The notes under the pieces are model-generated. The model did not search any database and was not told the origin of the DNA. It was given only the letters and a program-made list of their open reading frames with translations. 64,000 nucleotides of DNA from an uncultured delta proteobacterium (lineage in GTDB: Bacteria; Myxococcota_A; Polyangia; Polyangiales; Polyangiaceae), in the NCBI GenBank assembly GCA_963850305.1, contig CAWKKR010000008.1, forward strand, positions 992,001 through 1,056,000, in the 5' to 3' direction. Shown here one piece after another: positions 8,782-14,550 of this stretch (positions are counted from its first letter, which is position 1; every line of letters begins with the position of its first letter). A program made the translations under genes and the position numbers.

Positions 8782-8865
8782 GCCTAACTAGCCGCTGAAC
8801 CTGACGGGCGCCGGCGGTCGCTTTGCTCCGTCTGGCGCCCGCAGGTTAACGCCGGTACGTTAGGC
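8782..8865 (+). repeat. attC site 12 (family A)
   Basis: GCCTAAC...CAGGTTAACGCCGGTACGTTAGGC. Confidence 0.95.
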
Positions 8866-8877
8866 GGACGCAGCGAA

Positions 8878-9111
8878 ATGCCGACCGTCCACCGCAGCGG
8901 TCCTTACCGCTTCTATTTCTACAGTCACGAGCCGAACGAGCCGCCGCACGTGCACGTCGACCGAGACGACCGGACGGCTAAGTTCTGGCTCGACCCGGTC
9001 GAACTTGCGACAAATCTGGGTTTCCCCGCGGTCGAGCTGGCGCGGATTGAGCGCATGGTACAATCCGACAGGCATTGCTGCAGAGCTGGCATGAGCACTT
9101 CGGATCCTAAA
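8878..9111 (+). pseudogene. Cassette 13: DUF4160 protein, frameshifted near 9066 into the DUF2442 frame
   Basis: GPYRFYFYSHEPNEPPHVHV...AKFWL; the native C-terminus LLQSWHEHFGS* lies in another frame. Confidence 0.7.
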
Positions 9112-9363
9112 CCCGGCGAACGTATCGTCGACGTACGCATCGACGAGCACACGCTCACCACCGACCTGGCGGATGGGCGCACCATCACCGTGCCGCTCGC
9201 GTGGTTTCCGCGCCTGCTTCACGCAACCCCACAAGCGCGTTCAAATTGGCGCCTCGCTGGAGGTGGTTTCGGAATCCACTGGCCGGACGTGGATGAAGAC
9301 CTCAGCGCGCAGGGACTTCTTCGTGGTGCGCCCGCTGCCGCACAGCGATCAGGCGCCGCCTAA
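9091..9363 (+). CDS. Cassette 13: DUF2442 protein
   Basis: LADGRTITVPLAWFPRL..AT......W....G.GIHWPDVDEDLS..GLL. Confidence 0.85.
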   Translation: MSTSDPKPGERIVDVRIDEHTLTTDLADGRTITVPLAWFPRLLHATPQARSNWRLAGGGFGIHWPDVDEDLSAQGLLRGAPAAAQRSGAA

Positions 9364-9441
9364 CTAGCCGCTGAACCTGACGGACGCCGACGGTCGCTGC
9401 GCTCCCTCTGGCGCCCGCAGGTTAACGCCGGTACGTTAGCT
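9358..9441 (+). repeat. attC site 13 (family A)
   Basis: GCCTAAC...CAGGTTAACGCCGGTACGTTAGCT. Confidence 0.95.
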
Positions 9442-9683
9442 AGAGCTCAGTCCTCCGACCAATCGGATGGTCAGAGGTTTGATTTTTTCGGGATTGGCGA
9501 TGTTTTTCTCAAGCTTTGCAGAGAGAGATGGCGACCTGTCGATCTCGACGGGCTGCTGATGTCGACTTGCCGACTTCCAAGTAGACCTCGCGACAGCGTC
9601 TGCCGGTCGAGTGGTGCTTGTGCCGGCGTCGTCGTTCGGTCGGGCGAGCTGCTGCGCCGAGCCGGGCTGCCTGCCGTCTCGAT
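9442..9683. other. Cassette 14: 5' part of a second ORF-less cassette (homologue of cassette 9), truncated
   Basis: Shares GAGAGATGGCGACCTGT (9523-9539 vs 6089-6105), GGTCGGGCGAGCTG (9638-9651 vs 6237-6250) and a 5' hairpin. Confidence 0.65.
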
Positions 9684-9918
9684 TCCCGATCAGCCGGCGC
9701 ACGGCTTCGGGACGATTTGGAATCGTCCCCAACGAGCGAACCAGGTCCCGACCCTCGGCCACCGCAACGGCGATGGTTTCGGCGTGTACGTCCATACCAA
9801 CGAATGCGGTACTCTTGCTCATGACCGGCTCCTTTGACCTGTAGCTCTGCGTTCTCGGTTCCGTGCCTCGAACGTAACCTACGACCTGGTCAACTCGAGC
9901 CGGTCCTTCCATGATGAC
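9684..9918 (-). mobile_element. IS110-family remnant: left end plus about 46 N-terminal transposase codons
   Basis: MSKSTAFVGMDVHAETIAVAVAEG...GTIPNRPEAVRRL (DEDD RuvC-like N-terminus, ATG 9822, AAGGAG RBS); structured non-coding left end 9823-9918. Confidence 0.85.
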
Positions 9919-9967
9919 TAGACCGACGGCTAAAGACGAGACGCGTCTATCCGGCGTTCCGCAGAGA

Positions 9968-9997
9968 TTGCGACCCCATTCCTACCGTGGTAGGAAT
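9968..9997 (+). promoter_or_regulatory. sigma70-like promoter with palindromic operator of the vapBC cassette
   Basis: TTGCGA-17 nt-TAGGAA with extended TG; inverted repeat ATTCCTACC-gt-GGTAGGAAT over the -10. Confidence 0.65.
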
Positions 9998-10002
9998 TCC
10001 TC

Positions 10003-10230
10003 ATGCCGCAGTCTGCAGCAAAACTTTCGGTGAGCATTCCGGCGAATCTGGCCACGGCCGTGCGTCGACGCGTCGGGAGTCGTGGCTTGTCCGGATTCGT
10101 TGCGAGAGCCATGGCCCACGAGTTGGAACGAGAGCAGCTCAGAGCCTTTCTCGCAGAACTCGACGAAGTCCACGGTCCCGTTTCAAAGGGTGTAGTGACC
10201 AAGGCACGACGGGCTTGGCCGAAGCGCTGA
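10003..10230 (+). CDS. Cassette 15: VapB-like RHH antitoxin
   Basis: KLSVSIP..L...VR......GLSGFVARA...ELER..L...L.EL....GPV. Confidence 0.8.
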   Translation: MPQSAAKLSVSIPANLATAVRRRVGSRGLSGFVARAMAHELEREQLRAFLAELDEVHGPVSKGVVTKARRAWPKR

Positions 10231-10631
10231 TCCTCGATTCGGAAGCCGTCCATGCCCTCGCTAGGGCGAACGAGCGCGGTGTTCTAGCCGAGCGTGCTCG
10301 TGCCATCTTGAGCGTCGCCCATGAACGCCACGCGCTCGTTCGCGTCCCCGCCGCTGTGCTCGCGGAGGTTTGCCGTGGACCACGTTTTGATGCCGCGGTG
10401 GACCACCTGCTGAATGGTCACGGCATTGCCGTGCATGACCTAACGCGTTCTATCGCCCAGCGCGCCGGCGCACTCTTGAGCAGAGCACGCCTCTCGTCAC
10501 GATACGCCGTCGATTCCTTCGTCGTGGCGACAGCGCTTGAGTTCGACACCGCGATCATCGCGACGGGAGATCCAATAGACATCCGGCGCCTCTCCGCTGC
10601 GCAGCGCAATCTCCGAGTGTTCGCGCTCTGA
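10215..10631 (+). CDS. vapC: Cassette 15: VapC-like PIN-domain toxin
   Basis: LILDSEA, VPAAVLAEV, AVDSFVVA, IATGDP.DI acidic PIN motifs; TTG start overlapping the antitoxin. Confidence 0.85.
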   Translation: MAEALILDSEAVHALARANERGVLAERARAILSVAHERHALVRVPAAVLAEVCRGPRFDAAVDHLLNGHGIAVHDLTRSIAQRAGALLSRARLSSRYAVDSFVVATALEFDTAIIATGDPIDIRRLSAAQRNLRVFAL

Positions 10632-10640
10632 CGACGAGCG

Positions 10641-10839
10641 GTCTAACTTAACTAGGCGTTGAACCTGCCGGGCGCTTCTTCCGACCTGCAAGCCCTCGCG
10701 GGGGTTCCCCTTCGGGTCCCCCGCTCGCGATAGCGCATGTGCATCGTCGTCCTCCGCACTGCGTTTGCGCCCGCAGGTCGCAGCGGACGGCCAACTCGCT
10801 TCCGCTCGCGGCCCGCCGCTGAACCGTTGTACGTTAGGC
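10641..10839 (+). repeat. Chimeric attC (family C left part fused at L' to a family D site) with TAACT duplication at R''
   Basis: GTCTAAC-TTAAC-TAGGCGTTGAACCTG...CCCGCAGGT|CGCAGCGGACGG...GCTGAACCGTTGTACGTTAGGC. Confidence 0.85.
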
Positions 10840-10843
10840 AGAC

Positions 10844-11011
10844 ATGGCGAATCTCGACTTCGACATTCTCGGAGATCCGACATGCCAACTTGGCGGTCTG
10901 AGTCTCTGGGTTCTCGGTCGAGAATTTCCGGACGCCACTGACTACTGGGATGGGAACTGGCTTTACGTCACAGCGCGTTGCCAACTCCCTGGTGCGGACG
11001 TCTGGCATTAG
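10844..11011 (+). pseudogene. Cassette 16: truncated WapI-like immunity protein
   Basis: Translated by hand: MANLDFDILGDPTCQLGGLSLWVLGREFPDATDYWDGNWLYVTARC...; ends abruptly in an attC L' box. Confidence 0.6.
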
Positions 11012-11027
11012 CGCCAGTACGTTAGGC
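11008..11027 (+). repeat. Half attC (L'-R' only)
   Basis: TTAGCGCCAGTACGTTAGGC, identical to the right arms of attC 2, 3 and 11. Confidence 0.85.
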
Positions 11028-11040
11028 AGACGAGAGCGAC

Positions 11041-11240
11041 ATGAGTGACGTGGCCCCGATCGATCTCGCAGCCTATCGGCGGATCGTGATCGTGACGGGG
11101 GCAGGCATCTCGGTCGCCTCCGGTCTGCCGACCTATCGGGGCGTCGGCGGCCTCTGGAACAAAGTCGACGTCGCGAACCACGCTACGGCAGCCGCCATCC
11201 GATCGGATCCCGAACGAGTCTGGAGCTTCTTCGCTGAAGG
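11041..11240 (+). pseudogene. Cassette 17: truncated Sir2/CobB-family NAD-dependent deacylase
   Basis: IVIVTGAGISVASGLPTYRG..GLW......AT......DPERVWSFF, then the sequence breaks off. Confidence 0.85.
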
Positions 11241-11254
11241 TGGTTCTCGCTTGA

Positions 11255-11865
11255 ATCGATCGAGCGGGCATGATCTGAAGCGCTGAAGAGGCGTGCAGGG
11301 TCGAGTACCGCTTCCGTGGCGCCGAGAGGTACGTGGAGACGAGGCGCGTCGATCTCGCGATCTCCTTCCGCCGCCACGGCCCTTGTCTTTGCGACCACCG
11401 GGATGGACGGTGGCTCGCTCACGGCTGGGCCGATGCTCCCGCCGACTTCGGTGGTCGTCGCACAAGTCGAACCGTTCGCCAGATCGGCGACCACGGGTTC
11501 CGGCACTGCGCTCTTCCTCCACGCGGGGTGCGGGCCGAGGACGCCATGGAATCGTAGTAGCGGATGCCTGGGCGGAGAAATCAAAGCCGAAAGGCGCGCG
11601 AGCAGCTCGACCGGATCCATCCGCGGTGGGTTTCGCCGCGACGCCAGGGTCGTTGCAGTTGGATGGCGAACGCCGAACTCGCGATGGCAGTGGTGCCTCT
11701 CGACGCTCGAGACGGGCCCCTCGACGCCGACGGACGCTGAGCTCGGAAGCCTCTCGACGCCGACGGACGCTCCTCGACGCTCGAGACGTGCTGCCGTGAG
11801 CAGGCGCATGCGCCCGCCGCACTTGGGGCAGGTCTCGACGTCGATGCCGAAGGTTCCGCGGAGAC
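11255..11865 (-). mobile_element. IS91-family (Y2) transposase fragments
   Basis: MDPVELLARLSALISPPRHPLLRFHGVLGPH..WR and FGIDVETCPKCGGRMRLL segments. Confidence 0.7.
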
Positions 11866-12134
11866 GCTGCTGTCGAAAAAATAGGCGCGCTCGGAAGGCA
11901 CTGCGAGCACCGTACGCCAATGAAACAGGCGACCGAGTGCACTGGACTTTCATCAGGGTTCTCGAAATCCAGGACCTCTGCGAGGCCGAACTTTCCGACG
12001 GGACGACCGCGAGCGACGTTCAGCAGATTGCCAGGGCCTCGCGGGCTCCGCGCCCATTGGCGTCACGATCGTGTTCGTCCCGCCGTGAGACGTCGATTGG
12101 CCCCACGAGGGGCCTGGGGTCGTCCGCCGCGTCG

Positions 12135-12728
12135 ATGCGCTCCGTCCCTGTTTCTGCGATACCCTCGCCGGCGTGGCAGAGCTCGAATCTCTCGTTTTTG
12201 GCGCGCCTCTGGCTCGCGTTCGTCACCTTGTTTCGCGTCTTGTCGAGCCCCGGGTTCGCGCGCCGCGTCGCATCGCTGCCCGCGAGCGCGGTAGACACCG
12301 GTTCGGGTGAACCGTTGCCGGTCGTTGAGTCGCCGGTGAGCCCCAGCCCCGACACGGCGAGCGCGCTCGGCCTGCTCGCGCTATTCCAGCGTGAAGGACG
12401 GCTCGTGGACTTTCTGGAGCAGGACATCGCGGCGTTCCCCGACGCCGAAATCGGCGCGGCCGCAAGAGTCGTCCATGACGGTTGTCGGCGCGCGCTCCTG
12501 GCTCACGCGGATGTCGTCCGCGTCAGAACCGAGGCAGAAGGCTCCGCGGTGACCCTCGACGAAGGATTCGACGCCGCGAGCATCAAGCTCACGGGGGACG
12601 TCCGCGGAAGGGCGCCGTACAAGGGCACTCTTCGCCATTCCGGGTGGAAGATCCGTCAGCTCAGATTGCCGATTCCGGTTCCAGGGTACGACCCGAGCAT
12701 CGTCGCGCCGGCCGAGGTCGAGCTGTGA
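12135..12728 (+). CDS. DUF2760 domain protein
   Basis: ALGLLALFQREGRLVDFLEQDI..F.DA.IGAAARVVH.GCR ... G.LRH.GW ... IVAPAEVEL; start approximate. Confidence 0.8.
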   Translation: MRSVPVSAIPSPAWQSSNLSFLARLWLAFVTLFRVLSSPGFARRVASLPASAVDTGSGEPLPVVESPVSPSPDTASALGLLALFQREGRLVDFLEQDIAAFPDAEIGAAARVVHDGCRRALLAHADVVRVRTEAEGSAVTLDEGFDAASIKLTGDVRGRAPYKGTLRHSGWKIRQLRLPIPVPGYDPSIVAPAEVEL

Positions 12729-14524
12729 CGTCCGCGCGCGCCACGCACTCCGTCGGGATCGATCTCGGGACGACTCACACGGCGCTTGCATCCGCCGAGC
12801 TCGCCGGAGACGGGTCCCGGCCGGCGCCGTTTTCCGTGCCGCAGCTCGTTGCCCGCGGAGCGGTCGAATCGCAGCCACTGCTCCCGTCATTCCTCTATTT
12901 CGCGCACGAGAGCGAGGGCCCGCTCGCGGTTCCGTGGGATGCGAATCGCTCCTTTGCCGTTGGAGAGCTCGCTCGGCGACGAGCATCGGAAGCGCCGGCC
13001 CGCGTCGTCTCGAGCGCGAAGAGCTGGCTCTGCCACGCTGGCGTCGATCGCCGCGGGCCGATCCTGCCGCCCGGCGCTCCGGATGACGTCGAGAAGATCT
13101 CGCCCGTCGAGGCGTCGTTTCGCTATCTCGATCATCTCTCGGAAGCGTGGCAATCAGGCGGCGGCGCGCCGCTCGCCGAGCAACCCGTCGTCCTGGCCGT
13201 GCCCGCGTCGTTCGACGCCGGGGCTCGAGACCTCACCGTCGAAGCGGCGTACGCGGCCGGCTTCGAAGACGTCACGTTGCTGGAGGAGCCACAAGCCGCC
13301 CTGTACGCGTGGATCGAATCCGTGGGCGACGACTGGCGTGGCCTGCTCGCCGTCGGGGACATCGTGCTCATCGTCGATGTCGGCGGCGGGACGACCGACT
13401 TCTCCGCCGTCGCCGTGGTCGAGATCGACGGCGCGGTGGCGCTCGAACGCGTCGCCGTCGGAGACCACATCCTGCTCGGCGGCGACAACATGGACCTCGC
13501 GCTGGCCCATTTGGTGAAGTCGAAGCTCGAGGCGGAAGGCAAGGAACTCGATCGCTGGCAGCTCCAGGCACTCACCTACGGTTGCCGGGCCGGCAAGGAA
13601 CGGCTGCTCTCGACGGACGCGGAGTCCGTGCCCATCGTCGTACCGAGCCGCGGCTCTAGCCTCCTCGGTGGGTCACTGTCCGCGACGCTCTCGCGCGAGG
13701 AGGCCCGCGTGCTCGTCTTCGACGGCTTCTTCCCGGACACCGAGCTTGCCGCGGAACCTGCTCGCCGTCCGCGCCCGGCCCTCACCGAGGTCGGTTTGCC
13801 CTACGCATCGGAGCCGGCCGTTACGCGACACCTCGCGACGTTCCTGCGACGCCAGGCGCGGGCACTCCCGGGCGACGAAACATCCATGCTGCTCCCCTCG
13901 GCAGTGCTGTTCAACGGCGGAGTCCTGAAGGCCAACGGAATCCGCGAACGGATCTCGAACACGCTGAACCGTTGGTTGCGAGAAGCCGGAGCTCCGCCGG
14001 CACGCGTGCTGCCGGCCGTGGATCTCAATCTCGCGGTGGCACGCGGGGCTTGTTACTACGGCCTGGTGCGTCGCGGACGCGGCTTGCGTATTCGAGGGGG
14101 CACCGCACGCGCATACTACGTTGGAATAGAGAGCCCCGCGCCAGCGGTTCCGGGTGTCGCGCCCCCGGTGACTGCGCTCTGCGTCGCGCCGTTCGGCATG
14201 GAGGAGGGTGCGACCGCCACGATCTCCAAGCTCGAGCTCGGACTGGTCGTCGGTGAACCCGTTCGCTTCAGATTCTTCGGATCGACCGTACGCCGCGATG
14301 ACGGCGCCGGCACCGAGCTCGAGCGGTTTCGTCCCGGTGAGCTCGAGGAATTGTCGCCGATCGAGGTCACGCTGAGCGGCGAGGGGAGAAGGGACGGCGA
14401 CGTCGTCCCGGTCCGCCTCGAGTCCACGGTGACGGCCATCGGCACCCTGGCCCTCGAAGCCATCGCGGTGAACCCCATCACGGCCGACGAGCGGTGGAAG
14501 ATCGAGCTCGGCATCCGGCACTAG
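12725..14524 (+). CDS. Hsp70-family protein (atypical)
   Basis: GIDLGTT, VPASFD, LLEEPQAA, DVGGGTTD, LGGDNMD; GTGA overlap with DUF2760. Confidence 0.9.
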   Translation: MTSARATHSVGIDLGTTHTALASAELAGDGSRPAPFSVPQLVARGAVESQPLLPSFLYFAHESEGPLAVPWDANRSFAVGELARRRASEAPARVVSSAKSWLCHAGVDRRGPILPPGAPDDVEKISPVEASFRYLDHLSEAWQSGGGAPLAEQPVVLAVPASFDAGARDLTVEAAYAAGFEDVTLLEEPQAALYAWIESVGDDWRGLLAVGDIVLIVDVGGGTTDFSAVAVVEIDGAVALERVAVGDHILLGGDNMDLALAHLVKSKLEAEGKELDRWQLQALTYGCRAGKERLLSTDAESVPIVVPSRGSSLLGGSLSATLSREEARVLVFDGFFPDTELAAEPARRPRPALTEVGLPYASEPAVTRHLATFLRRQARALPGDETSMLLPSAVLFNGGVLKANGIRERISNTLNRWLREAGAPPARVLPAVDLNLAVARGACYYGLVRRGRGLRIRGGTARAYYVGIESPAPAVPGVAPPVTALCVAPFGMEEGATATISKLELGLVVGEPVRFRFFGSTVRRDDGAGTELERFRPGELEELSPIEVTLSGEGRRDGDVVPVRLESTVTAIGTLALEAIAVNPITADERWKIELGIRH

Positions 14525-14550
14525 CCGTTCGCCGGCTCGAGAGGAATCAC

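Larger units (their letters stand above)
1..11240 (+). mobile_element. Integron gene-cassette array (distal part; integrase not in window)
   Basis: Regularly spaced imperfect palindromes begin RYYYAAC (R'') and end GTTRRRY (R'), separating 1-2 short ORFs. For most cassettes the 9 nt at the start are the reverse complement of that cassette's own R'' (GTTAGCCAG/CTGGCTAAC, GTTAGACAG/CTGTCTAAC, GTTGGGCAG/CTGCCCAAC, GTTAGGCGG/CCGCCTAAC), as expected for circular cassettes. Confidence 0.95.

Noticed and set aside
3980..11008. Recurrent peptides such as NVPALTCGRKR / PGRFNA in minus-strand ORFs
   Set aside because: They are translations of the family C attC repeat, not a protein family.
393..11027. 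Repeats with unique intervening sequence read as a CRISPR array
   Set aside because: The repeats are 75-150 bp attC-type palindromes, the intervening DNA is gene-sized, and no cas genes are present.
11316..12134. N-terminal 273 aa of the 470-aa ORF
   Set aside because: It is antisense to IS91 debris; only the part from ~12135 resembles DUF2760.
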